Of a stretch of DNA of 64,000 bases, positions 38,008 to 51,410 are shown piece by piece. Below the pieces are notes generated by a model. The model saw nothing but the letters and a program-made list of their open reading frames with translations, ran no database searches and was not told where the DNA came from. Every line of letters begins with the position of its first letter. Position 1 is the first letter of the stretch. Origin of the DNA: Styela clava (lineage: Eukaryota). The stretch covers positions 27,714,001-27,778,000 of the forward strand of contig NC_135250.1 of assembly GCF_964204865.1 (NCBI RefSeq), in the 5' to 3' direction. Both the position numbers and the translations under genes were made by a program.

Positions 38008-39098
38008 CTTATGACTCGCTAATCGCGGTTTAAGGAATTCTACCCAACATTATTAACATTATGTTTCACGTTTTCTGATATCATGGCGGTTTATTACCCC
38101 TTTAAGCTTCTCAATTTCCTTTTAAATTCGAGTTACTAAATTTACTCGCGTTATTAGCGTATGCATTTATTATAAATGTGCAAATTTGTATTTTGGATGC
38201 AAAAGTAAACATTTATTATGAGGTCATATACTTACAATTATTAATCGCCCCTCCCAACTTAATCCAGATAACGCCACTGGTGACATTTATACATCAAATA
38301 AGAAGTGTGATTCTTAATTTCTTTGAAGCACCCTTTCATTTATAAAATGATTTAAATCATTGTTAAAAATTTTAAATAATAGAAACAATTTTGAATATTA
38401 TAAAATTATTCTCACCATTCGTACTTTTTTCCCAATTGCCAGTTTTCATTGCTGGGAAAATCACAAAAAAAAAAATTTAGGTCATAATGATTTTGTTTTT
38501 ACATGTATATATATATGTGTGCTGATCAACGAACAGTATAAATGTTCGGTTGTGAGTTCGAGAAAAATTTACAATCGACAATCACTCTCGACTCTAAATA
38601 AAACGTTGATTCTAGAAACATCCAATAGAAACATATATCAGACTTTAGAATAATTACCTGCCTTGCCCGCTATAGCGTAGGCAACAGTAACTGTGTACGC
38701 TGAAGCTACCTGCTAAAATATATAAATGTACAGTAATTTAACTATATTTTATAATGTATATTATAGCTAATCTTGGTAAGTATAACTAGAATTCTAACTC
38801 ATGTTTTAGTTCTGGGTATACATACTAAATGTATAAACCATGTTATTGAAAGCCTTCACGAAACAGCTTTTCTCTATTGTGTTTTTGGTCATTCATGAAA
38901 TGATGTTACTTGATTTTCTATTACTTGATTGATATTAGATTTTATTTAACATGGCCTTTGTCCAAACAAGAAGCGTATTATCTTCATGGAAAGGCACAAT
39001 GCACCAACCCGTATTTATCCAATATCTATACTTGAATAATTTTTCTTAATTGTGTGTACTTATTGTCAAGCTTTACTAGGCACATTACATTTGTCGAA

Positions 39099-39529
39099 CA
39101 GTGTGTGCAAACTAAGGCCCACGGGCCAAATTCGGCACGTAAGAAAAATTGTGCGGCCCGCGAGAAGTGCCAATTTTGAATGGTGTGTCCGCGAAACGAG
39201 TTTTTAGTTTAGTTAGTACGTGCGAGCAATTCCAATCTCTATGCGTCGCAAAGCTTATGCCAGTACTTGAGTGCCACTGTCATATTAGCATAAATATTAG
39301 CTAGCAAAAATCTGTTGCAGAATACATAGCAGTTTTCTTTAGACAATTTATGCGTTTTAACTCACCATTTCCGCAAGAACCCCTAACAATTCCGTGAAAT
39401 CAATAACAAAAAAAAACAATTTGTTGTGCTAGCAACTACTAAAAATGCTATCCTAAATAAAGGGGCGGCCGGCGGCTTCACCCACTTACTTGTATCTGGC
39501 CCTACTGTAATAAAGGTTGCACACCCCTG
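39099..39529. mobile_element. hAT-like MITE
   Basis: CAGTGTGTGCAAAC...GGCCCACGGGCC left end and GGTTGCACACCCCTG right end. A related copy lies in opposite orientation at about 36255-36515. No clean TSD. Confidence 0.55.
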
Positions 39530-42500
39530 TATTATACTGAACAGTACAAGAATAATGTACCTGTGTCACCACGACTCTGTAACCTCCCCATGCATCAGCA
39601 GGTAGTATACAAACAGACATAAATGTGAGCAACAGTATAATGTGAGCAAATACCGCCATTCCTAATTATTGCTCTGCGCTTGTATGCAACGCATAGAGCA
39701 TTTAACAATTACATACTTCCTTTCTACTAATCAACGCATGGGATTCTGTGACGATATTCCGCTCGTTAATTTGCAGATAGGTGAAGAAATATTTCGGATT
39801 TGCGGAAATGCGAGACAAACATACACGCTAACTCAGAAATATGAACACGAACAGAGAATATACTTTTAAACCTATTAGAAATTAGATTAGGTATCTATCG
39901 TAGTGATTTTTATATTTTGACTGATGCATCTGATTAAAATATTCAATAAACTAAACTAGCAAAGCGTTTGTTCTCAACTATTAGTTCTGCTTTGTCAGAT
40001 TTGTAATAATAATACGTTTGTTTTGTTTATTTATCCAAATTAAGATACAATCAGTTTAAAACAGTTTAACACCAAAGACACACTGACTAAAATAAGGACA
40101 ACAAGATTCAAGAACTAACAGCTTCTTTATGACTATCAATGTGTGGTGTGATCGGCCTAAACATGAATAAGTCACACACAATATGTGGACTTACAAAGAA
40201 GCCAATCAAAATGTTGTTTGCTTGACACGTTATAAAAGTCACAACGCATGACAAGATTTATTGGACGTGAGGTGTACATATGGATCGTTCTGTTACTATG
40301 TTGTTTTCAAAATACTTTTCTTATTTTTTTCTTGTTATGATAAATCGCCTTTTTCTTCAATTACTAGACCAATTGCTTTAAAATTTCAAATACCTGCAGA
40401 TTTTATTTTTGCTAACAATAAAAGAGCGTTGAAGTAAATATATAATTTGTGAATGTAAAAAGCGCTTTTCCGACGAAAGTTTGGCAACAAAAATCACGAA
40501 TGGCTGCGCCATGTCAATAAAATTAAAAAGCTTACGTTTTAGCATTATCGTTTTATAATTTCATAAACTTTCTCTTAAATATCATAAGGTCGTAATCAGG
40601 TAAATTTCGATAATTTTGATTCCTGCAAACGAATGTTACATTCAGCATTAAACGTGTGCAATTATTTTTCGTGATTAAGCAACATTATGGAGTCAATTCG
40701 ACATCTCGACCTGATTGTCTGAAGACACTTCCAGAACAGCCAGGTATCTGTTACAATCCCCAATATACCATATTTACCAATTATTCATCGCCGTTAAAGG
40801 TACATTTGGACTTCATACACTGGTGTGATATTTATTCATACGCAATCACGTATGAATAATTGCATTGTAGATATTTTATTATTTCTAATGCCAAGTGAAT
40901 ACGTCATGAAAAATTCGCGATGAATCTACATTTAAATTCGACTCGTTCATACTCAAGTTTCCAATTCCCATTTGAGTTCGAGGTATTCATGATTTAAAAA
41001 TGTGATCTACAGCAACTCGTAGGGTTATCAAGAGGTTAACGATATAAGTCTATCGACTCGAAAATATATAAAACTTTTCAAGCAGGTTTTGATATAGGAT
41101 ACAAAATTCTATGATCAGAATAGTCTTTGTCAGTGATAATGTACTAGAAAGACAATACCCATAAAAATGAACAAATCGGAAAGACCAGAGGTCTTCAGGT
41201 CATGCGCTACGTCCTACGACATGGAATTGATTGGTAACAGGTTCATATTTCAAGCTCAATTACTCAAAAATGATGCAAATATTAAAAACTTTCATGTGTT
41301 ACTTAATGAATGTTGATGTTCAAAACATTTAATTGGCTTTAAAATAATTTTAATGGAATATTTATTGAATAATTTTATTGGAAAAATGAAACATATAATA
41401 GAACAAATAGTAAACCTACATTTGTTTAGTAATAGTTGGTATAGTGGTGAGATCGTTTGGCTCAACGTACACCTTAGAATTCACAGGCACCGTCAAAACT
41501 TGGTTGTAAAATATACAGCAGGCTTCAGTATGTTTTCAGCATATTATTCTTAAGCAAGTTTCCGGTATAGCACAAACATAGCAGCTCGCTGTGTATAAGC
41601 AAGGTTGGAAATGCCAACGGTAATTTAGGCGTTTGCAAAATTACAGGTTTCGAGATGCCGCATGATGTCGTTGGGAATATATCATGGCACGGTCTCTTCT
41701 ACTTTATTTCCCCGAAAATAAGACCTAGCCCGAATTATAAAATCGATTTTAATATAAGCCCCCCGACGACAAATGTGCAAAAAAATTTCATCATTTGACG
41801 TCGAATTTTTAAGCAAACAAACTTCAGCCCAAATGCCTCATGTGTATTTATTATATCTGTATTCGTATTAAACCCCTCATCTCAGGCAATGTTCAAACAA
41901 TTTCCTACATTTGGGACAAATAACTTATGAACTTTCCCAATATCTGACTTGGACCGGTCTTGAGAGGCTTGAGAGGCCGTGGTTAGTTATATATTCATTC
42001 TGGCTTGGTGACTTCCTATTCTTGTGATACGTTTGAGTTAGTCTTAGGTCTTATGATTAAAGATTATAATTTGCCCGATGTTTTTTTGCTGGCTGATTTT
42101 ATAATCAAGCCTGGGCTTTGTCTGATTGTTATCAAGTCAATTCAGAAAGCCTGGACCGGCTTGCTACTGTAGTTGGTGACGTGAATGTCTTCCATTACAT
42201 TCCTTCTAGACATTGTATGATGTAAATTTTCTTCTTATTTGATATCTATGGAATGTGCGTTTGAATAGCGAATGTTGCAGTAATTTTCAAGATGTTTTAC
42301 TGGTTGGTTTTAAAATCGAGCCTGGGCTGTAGCTGTATATTTATTATCAAGTCAACTCGTAAAGCCTGGACGGACATGCATGCTATTGGATTTGATGAGC
42401 TGATTGTCTTCCCTTACATTTCTTCTAGGCATTATCTATGCAATTTGCGTTCAAATGCCGAACGTTTCAGTAATGAATGTATTTCCAAATTTAAACGTTA

Positions 42501-42642
42501 CACAGAGGAGAGGCTAAGAATTCACATTGGTATAAAGATCATCCATCAGTGTATTGAATGTCACTGTATTGTCCATATTTTTATTAATCAGCCACAAAAT
42601 TTTATGTTCTCTTGGAGTGACTGTAATTGGTGTCTCGGCTTC

Positions 42643-43909
42643 TTATTCAAAAGAAAAATCTTTCCAATCTTCGTCTGCAGTATCACTTTGGACATCCCAC
42701 CAAGATAGGCCGAGACCGTCGTCACCTGTGTAAATAAACGTCAATCATTGGGACTCGCTACTTCGTACTTCGACTCCGAAGTGATATATAAGTAACACTG
42801 CTTCAATCTCTCAGCTAAAATTATTTATCACTGTTCATTATTCATGTGACTTTTCATTGTTTTAATTTAACTAAACAAATCTGTTCCGCCCCGGACCCGA
42901 CATCCCGGGAGTAAAATTGATACTTTATATAAATATAAACAATGTCATCAACACCAGCTAGCAACAACAGACTTTAAATCGAATCTAAATGTCTGGTAAA
43001 AATAAAATATGGCATTTTCTGAGCGACTGTTGTCAATTATTAAATTTAGCCGTTTGTTATTACCTTTTACATCCCATCCCATTAAACGGGTATAGGTTGT
43101 CACGGGGGGTCCGCTGAAAAATAAAAACATTTTGAAATACAGATATATAATGCTCGTTTTTAGAACACATAATGAAGTCTGTCGTGGACAGTGTCGGATT
43201 TAAAACATAACAACCTGGTGGCCCACACCTTCTAAATTGTAAAGGTTCCTTCCAGAATGAAGCCGGTTTAAAATGTTACAAAATGATATTTGTTTAATGT
43301 TTTAGTCAAGTTTTTAATTCTTGTCCCAAATTATTGAGCGTTCAGAAAATTGAAACAAAAATATGGCCAAATGAATAAATTTGTCTAATTTTGAGAACGC
43401 CCCTTCTTTGATCTTATTAACGTTACTTGCTATTATAAAATCACAGTTCACCGTCATTTTTTTGAAAAGATAAGAGAATATCTCAGCAACAACCAATCTA
43501 GGAATTAGTATATTTAAATTTAATACTATTTCTATTGCACCACTGATTACCCTGCTCGGGATCGCACGTTCAATTCCCTCGGGGAATAAATTTGTACAAG
43601 TGGATTGCTGGATTTCTCGCCGTCATAGCGTCGTGCGGTTCATCAACAAGTCCATATTCATAAAACAAATAAATGCCTGGCTGATTAAATAATACCCGAC
43701 ATGGACAGGTAACCAGACGAGTGGCGTGGTTCGTCATATGCCTGAGCCGCCTTTAGGAAATACAGCAATGGAATCAACAAAAATATCAATACTTCAAATA
43801 ATGGTCTCATTAATGGTCACCCCGATGAGATATCGACCTACCTAAACCATAAATTTGATGTTCGGATTAGAAGTCCAACAATGCAAATGAGTAAAATCCT
43901 TCCATGCAT
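42643..43909 (-). CDS. Secreted prepropeptide, copy E (66 aa, 3 exons; near-neutral core)
   Basis: Exons 43842-43909, 43064-43113, 42643-42725. Protein MHGRILLICIVGLLIRTSNL-WFSGPPVTTYTRLMGWDVKGDDGLGLSWWDVQSDTADEDWKDFSFE*. Confidence 0.75.
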
Positions 43910-45757
43910 TATGTAGATTATGATCTATAAGTTCTTGCAAAAGAATCCACAACTGATTTATCTATACTTTTATAAGCTAGACGTAAGTCGCTAAACAAGA
44001 ACATGAAAAATTACAATAGTTTTACTACTGCTTTTACCAATTTAATTATTTATTTAATATTTTATAAATATTCATTTATTATTATTATTATTTGTTTATT
44101 TAATTTATCAATTTTTTGGTAATGATAATTTAGGTGACTTGATGATGATAAACTATCTTCCACTGATATATGGGCGCTGTTTGAGCGATGATTCAAAGCA
44201 AGGTGGAAATTTTAAAGGCAATTAAGAGGTCTTGATGATGATAAACCATTTTCCACTGACATATGGGCGCTGGTGGATCGCGCCTTCGTCGTATTTGTAC
44301 GTAATTTGTAGGCATTTATACTCAATTTTTATTAGATGATAGTAATTGATGGATCAAAATTTGGTGTGTATTGGATATGCTATCGTCATATAATTTTTTC
44401 GCTATTTAATAGCAACAATGATGCAGTTTAATAAAGGGGAACAACAACATCGTATTTTCATATCATAGCAGCTCGCTGCGTATTCCAAGCAAGATGGGAA
44501 ATACCAATGATTATTAAGTTGACTTAATGGTGATAAATCATTTTCCACTGACATATGGTGCCTGATTCGAAGCAATGAGGGAAATATCAATGGTATTTTG
44601 GGTGACTTAATGACGATAAAACATTTTCAACTGACATATGGACGCTGATTCGAAGCAAGGTGGGAAATATCAATGGTATTTTGGGTGACTTAATGATGAT
44701 AAAACATTTTCAACTGACATATGGGCGCCTGTTGATCGCGTCATCGTCGTATTTGTAGGCATTTTTACTTCATTTTTTATTAGAATATTTTCGATAGAAT
44801 ATAATTTGGATTGAATATTCTACGGGCAATGCTTACAATATGTTTTTTTCTCTATTTAACAACAAGGGTGGCATGCAATATAATGAAGAGTTACAACAGC
44901 ACATATTCTTCAATAAAATACGATAATCACAAAAGAGCTTCACCCAAAAACAGTTCAAATTTGAATATTTGTTATGGCCATAACCAGCCATTATATGATT
45001 AATCAGTCACTTGAGCAAATATGATGAATCATGCTGTTCATTCACTTTGTGATTATGACATATTTCTGCGTCACAATTTGCGTTAATAAGTGATTGTACA
45101 AGAATTACTCTGAAAATTGGAATCATTCCCAGAATAAGTTTCTTTAAAGGTTCATATGGAAACCGATCCTTGAACAAAAGAAAACTCATTTATACGTCAC
45201 TTACATGCAAATATAATATACAAATATAAGTACAAATAATAAGCAAATATAAGTACAAATTAAAGTCTAACTATGTATAAAAAATATTTAGGAAAAAAAT
45301 AGTGTTACATTCAAAAGTTTTTGAAAATTTAGTTTGAAAAGATTTTGTGAAATATGAAAAACGCGTATACATCGGTTGGGCTAAATATTAAGATGCACGC
45401 TTCTCGTTTTCCGTAGTTGTATTGGTAAATTAAAGTGTTTTTGAGATAGGATGAATGCTATTGAATGATAAAATACAGTATATATAAGTCACTTATATAA
45501 CACGCGAAAAGAAAACCTAGATATATGTACAATAGTGTTCAAAGAATAAAATAATAATTTGATAAAAGAAAACAGTGTAACAGATCAAAGTCTTCAGCAT
45601 TCTGTAAATTGATAAAATTTGCTGTTACGCTAGGAACACTATATATTATAAGCCCGTTTTGTGTTGTCCGAAGTAATAATCAAACCTGAGGGTTTTGAGA
45701 CAAAATGAATGTATCTACATATTATAAAGCACGTTGTCTATCATTTCTCTTTCCGAC

Positions 45758-48509
45758 TCAGCGTTTTTTTGAAGTTTTTTCGTTTTTGTTTACCACGCTA
45801 TACATATCTTCAATGTTTTCGGAGTTGTTTGATTCCTGGGCCTCGTCGTTCTCTTGCTGCAATTCGTTTTCTTGCTGCACTTCGTTCTCTTGCTGCGCTT
45901 CCTTCTCTTGCCGCGGTTCAGAATCCAGAGACATTTTTGAGGTTGTAGACAATAATTGACGATAGTTTGCCAGTTTGTGATAAAATCTGAAACACATATG
46001 ACAGAGATAACAAAGAGCTTAGATAAGAACGAGTTGTACTACTGTTTGGACTTCAATATTTGGCTTGAAAGGGGTTCAAAAGTGGGAACTGAACTATACT
46101 TTCTACCATTTATAAAAGGGTCATTTACCAAGTTACTACAATTTCCTTAAAAGAATTCAGCCCTACATGTAAAAACTTGAGACTGAAACCATGCAGAATT
46201 GATAAAAAATCAAGAATTGCAGATTACCTCAATGTTAGGGTGATTATGAGAAGTACTGCTAAACCAAGCAAGACTGCCGGAACAATTATCAAAATTGATT
46301 TATCCTTTGTATTACAGTTTCCATCATAACCATTGGAATCCCTCATTGTTGCCGTAATCGGAATTGAGGTTATATCACTCTGTGTATTGTTTATCAAATA
46401 ACCAGATTGAGTTGCCGTCGGTTCATTCTCTGAATATGTTTTGTGATAGTTAGATGTGGTGGGAACGCTATTCCTTTCCGTAGTTTGTTGAAGTTCTACA
46501 AATAGGTACAGTTCACTTATTATTGGCGGGAACCCTCTTTAAATTCAAGCGTATATATCAAAAATCGCCCCTCAATTAAAGATTTTTATAAGAAATTATG
46601 GTATCAAATATTTGAAAATTTTCATTTGAAAAGTGCGTTTGTTTCGTTAAAACTAAAATTACATTCCCTAATGTATAAGAGATTATTGACTAGTTGAGTA
46701 CAGTGTGCTAATGTACTGTATATTTAAAATAATGTATATACTGTACTATTCTACAGAATTAGCCTATTATAATATCGTTGCAGCTCAGCAAGCATACAAA
46801 TTACTTCATTAAGTAATATTAGGTTTACACTTTTTGCAGTTATAATATTTTCTCCTTAAGATTACTGCAGAATATAATACGAAGAATTTAAGTTGAAGAG
46901 ACTTATTAAATTCGCTTATACTTAATTTGTTGCTTTTACCTGTGTTGTTTAATATCCGGTGTATTAACAGGATTTTGAATTCTTGAAGTTCATGAGAGTA
47001 ACCATCCCCTGTCTTATATGTCAAACTAATTGGAAAAACATTATCTTCAATATTATGCTGGTATATTCCATTACATCCGTCAGTAATAGATTTATCAGAT
47101 ACAGCTTTTGAGGCGAAAAGGAAACAGTCGTTGAGTTTGGAATCACACAGTTCTGTATCCACTAATCCAGCTAAAACATAGTGATCAATTGATGCCTTTA
47201 CCTGATAGTACATGTAATACCCACTATAATTTACCATATACGGCACTAATGTGAGTATCGGGTCCTAATTTCAAATATTATATCCGATATATTGGTTACC
47301 TACGTAGAGATCTCGGCAAAAAACAGCACAACTGAGACATTTGTAATTCTTAATTAACGCAACAGGAAATCATAAAGACAACTATCAAACTACTAAAAAC
47401 TAGATAATATGCAACGTATAACACATAAACATGTTTCGAGTGAAATAACCCCATGGTGGAATAAAAAAACTAGAACACAAATTAATCGAAACAAGCCTTG
47501 AAGGTGGATACAAAACTATATTTTTATAATTAATAGAAGTTTTTTAATTGTTACAAATTAACACGAAAAATGTATTCACTTTGATTGCCAGTAATTTTCA
47601 GAGATCCAATGCACTGACTGTTTTGATAGAGTTTATTTTCAGTAATATTAACTAACAAGGCGGTGTTAACAGATATGCAACTATCGGCTTTTAATTCCCA
47701 AATAGTGTGAATATCCCCTGTTCTTCTGAAAAATACAAATTGAAAATAACTATTTAAACTATATTTTCATGTTCATATACGGCTGGTTGATCATGAAATT
47801 TCATTTCATCATTTTTAAAAGTTTATCAAAAAAAAATTTTCCTATATTTTACATCGTTCTGTTAATTATTATTCATGTTAAAATTATTTTTTATTGGATT
47901 ATATATATGCTTTATTTGTATCAATTTTCATTAAAACCTAATAAAAAATAGAGAAATGTTTTACCTTACACTTGAGCCTTGTTCAGGTTTAGAACATAAA
48001 TCAAGGTTAAACTGACTCAGAACGATAGATTGGCAAAATGTTGCTGACACTATAAGTGAACAAAAAAGAATATTTGTTGCGTTGAATATTTTTCATAAAG
48101 TCATAAATCCGCTCTAGGGGTGAGTTTCAAATACTCGATAATATTATTGTAGATAACTTCGTTAAGTATACGTACCGTACATTTATTTGCAGTGCAAGTG
48201 TCAATTATCTCACTTATTACTAATTAGTTACGTACTTGTTAATAAAAGTCAAGTTATGAAACGTTGAAGTCCTGAATTTCTAAAAGACTCAAACCCTCGA
48301 TGGATTTCTAGAATTCATATGACTCACTCTAAAAAGTTTCGGAAATATTCAAATTTGAATGAGGCATTTTAACTCAACAAATTCATTCCCTATACGTAGT
48401 GAAGTAAACAACACATATCCACTTATATACAGTTTGAGAGTCACTGATGAAAAATGATACGAACAAATTACTCACCTATAAGTAACAATACCCGCGCAAG
48501 TAAATACAT
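45758..48509 (-). CDS. Type I membrane protein X1 (330 aa): signal peptide, CUB-like ectodomain, Ser/Thr-rich stalk, TM, acidic tail with Tyr motifs
   Basis: Exons 48476-48509, 47965-48049, 47580-47725, 46940-47170, 46228-46495, 45758-45986 total 993 nt in frame with GT-AG sites. Starts MYLLARVLLLIVSATFC-QSIV; TM ILIIVPAVLLGLAVLLIITLTL; tail has QQENE repeats, NYRQL and IEDMYSVVNK. The CUB call is pattern-based only. Confidence 0.8.
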
Positions 48510-48527
48510 GTTTTTCAAATATTTCAG

Positions 48528-48588
48528 CTCGTCTCTTGCAACTACGTCTCTTGCAACCCGTCTCTTGCAGCCCGTCTCTTGCAACTAC
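48528..48588 (+). repeat. Four ~14-bp tandem repeats (CGTCTCTTGCAAC) just upstream of the X1 ATG
   Basis: Four copies in X1 versus a single copy at the equivalent X2 position near 55224. Confidence 0.8.
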
Positions 48589-48957
48589 ACCGAAGAACTT
48601 ATATGGTAATCCCAAGGTATCAATTTGAAAACGTAAATGTCGGGCAAGGCAACAGTTGTTACGTTGCATTCATCAGAGTACCCATGTATCTATACTCTTT
48701 ATTACGTGTACTAAAGCGATGAATTTTACTTGCCAAATGCAGATTAGTAATTGTAAAGTACGCTCTATGTTGATTGGTAATATGTCGAATCACTTCCTCG
48801 TGCACAAACGATCACCTTCAACAGTTTACTAAGGTTCGTTATTTGAAATCATGATCTGACTAATGTAATTCAATGATTGAGATCGAATCTTCCAACAAAA
48901 TTTTGAATTGGAAGTATTGCTCATTTAGTTCCTGAACGCTTTGGATATTTTTAATTT

Positions 48958-49160
48958 GGTTCCATTACACTTGAACCCACGTAAATTTGAACCCATGACA
49001 ATTGCACCTGTATGCTATTGCACCTATGGAATTTTTTTTGTTTCACGGATAGTTAAACCCATACTAACCCTAACCCATGGGTTTTAGCACCCGCATATAG
49101 ATTGAACCCGTGGATATACGCATGGGTTCAAATGTACATGGGTTCAAATGTACGGTCACC
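48958..49160. mobile_element. MULE-like MITE upstream of X1
   Basis: GG...CC ends with repeated TTGAACCCA motifs. 9-bp TSD TTTTAATTT at 48949-48957 and 49161-49169. The empty site is visible upstream of X2 near 55600. Confidence 0.85.
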
Positions 49161-51410
49161 TTTTAATTTACTTAGATTACTCTCCACGAATTATGTACTT
49201 TAAAAGTGAAGTGGTCAAATCATGAACAATTCTATGTATATATAATGAGAGAGCGATCCAATATATGGATACGCAGTGATATTGGTCAGAGCTGCCATAC
49301 CGGCACTATATCGCAGCTGAGCACAATATTTTAATTGCAAAAGCGGAACCACCACAAGTAGGTCAATTTTTAATTTTTATGACGTCATCGCACAAAAAAG
49401 GAATCTCATAAAGGCATACACATATTTTTGATATAAAAAAATATAATCGACTTCTAGATAAAAACACAATCTCTAACCACTGAAAATCTCAAAGCTATTG
49501 GTCTAGTAATTAAAGGGAAAGACGTTTTTTCACAAAAAGAAGAAGAAAAGAAAACCTAACATGATGATTATCAAGTACAACAATACAATGATAAAACGAT
49601 CCCTATGTACACTTTAACCAGGACCAACCAATCAACAAGAGAGAGCAATGATCAAATATATGGACGCAAAGGTCATGCATCGGCACCAGTACGGTTAGTC
49701 TTGAGTTAAGCAGCACATTTACAGCAACGAATGTAGAGTTCCAGTAAATAACTGGAGTAATCCTCTCCTGAAAAATATTTCCACTTTCATGTCCCCAAGA
49801 TTTGAAATCGATTGGTGTATTAGTTTTGTTCACAACAATTTCAGGTGTAAATATTTCTTACAATTTGTTTCAGTCTTGATTCTGCATTTTAATTTGGGTG
49901 CGTATCGACCGACGCATATATTTGATAATTATTTTTTTATCTTATTCAATGTTTTCAAACGCAAGTATTTCGGAGTTTTCTGTATTGAACTATTTTCAAT
50001 GCTATACGAATTCCTTTTCCATTTGCAGATTTTTCCATTTCTTAAAAAAGGAACATTGGTAAACTTGTGTTTGCTTAATAAGAATATGACCATTGGTTTA
50101 ACGTCTAGGACAAAATCCCGAGGTAAAAATCGTTAGCAAACGATCTTTCTCTGCAGGTGTGATCTTGTTTCAACTTTGGAAGCCTAATCATTCACGCCGA
50201 CAAAAATTATAGTTGTACATCTAAGAACATACCTACAGATACATTAGTTAAATGATAATGATTTTTGCCATAAACTAACACTAATATATTTTAACATTTT
50301 TTTTGATCCGTACAGTTATACCTTGTCTCGTTTTTTAATTAAATTCTATCTAAAAGAATAGCATATTTAAGCAGAATTTCACAAATGACATATTATTGAA
50401 TGTTCACGGAGATCACTAAATAGCCGTTTTAATTGTACTGCATGCGTGTGATACCTAAAGATATAAATATCCTTTTTATAACCTGAAATTTTGCACCTCA
50501 ATTTCCTCGTCAAATTTATCAGAAACCGAAACCATGATAACAAAATACTTTAACGTAAATTGAGAAGTCACGCGAGAATATTAAACGATCCATTGCATCC
50601 TGTTTGTTGCACTCTTGAATTTCTCATCACAAATTTCTATTGATACAATTTATCCCTTAATAAATTATGTCCATGCTTTCTAATAATTGTTTGTTATAAA
50701 GTTGTTCTTTAGATTTCCATAAATTTTATTTCAGATCTGGAAGAAAAAGGACGTTATGCCACACTATTATTCCAGGTTGAATATAAATATCGCTTTGCAA
50801 CTTGAATGTTTTCCACATTTATAATTGAGTCAGTATTCGATCCTGCAAACCCACAAGATTCCAGATCGCTAATACATATTTTCAATAGTTGTCGCATACA
50901 AGCATTTAATTAATATGCGATTAGCAATAATCTAAATGTTATAGTTTGATATTACATCTAAGATTAGAATTTATATTTTATTTTTTCAATATCTACTTCA
51001 TATAGATGAATTTATTTATAAAAAAAAAAAAATTTAAATTAAATTGAAAATGTATACAGTTTTTTTGTAACTTATTTAAAAAAGAAATTATTTAAGCCAA
51101 AACTCGTTTTTTCTACAGATATATCAAATATATATTGATAAAATACACGAAAGAGTACATGGAACATCTAAATAGTGTTTGAAATACGTCTTGAGAAAAA
51201 AAAAAAAATAAGAAGTCTTAACCCAGGTCGCTAAAGTTATCTGTTAAATATATGTATGATTATTTTGTATTTCTATATATACTCTATTATAGCAAGATCT
51301 GATTTTTTAATCAGGAGTGACTATACCCAATCATGTCTAGTTACAACCAGTCAATAACATGAAGAAGAATTGAAATTAATGTTTAACAAATAAACAGGAA
51401 TAAGGTAAAG

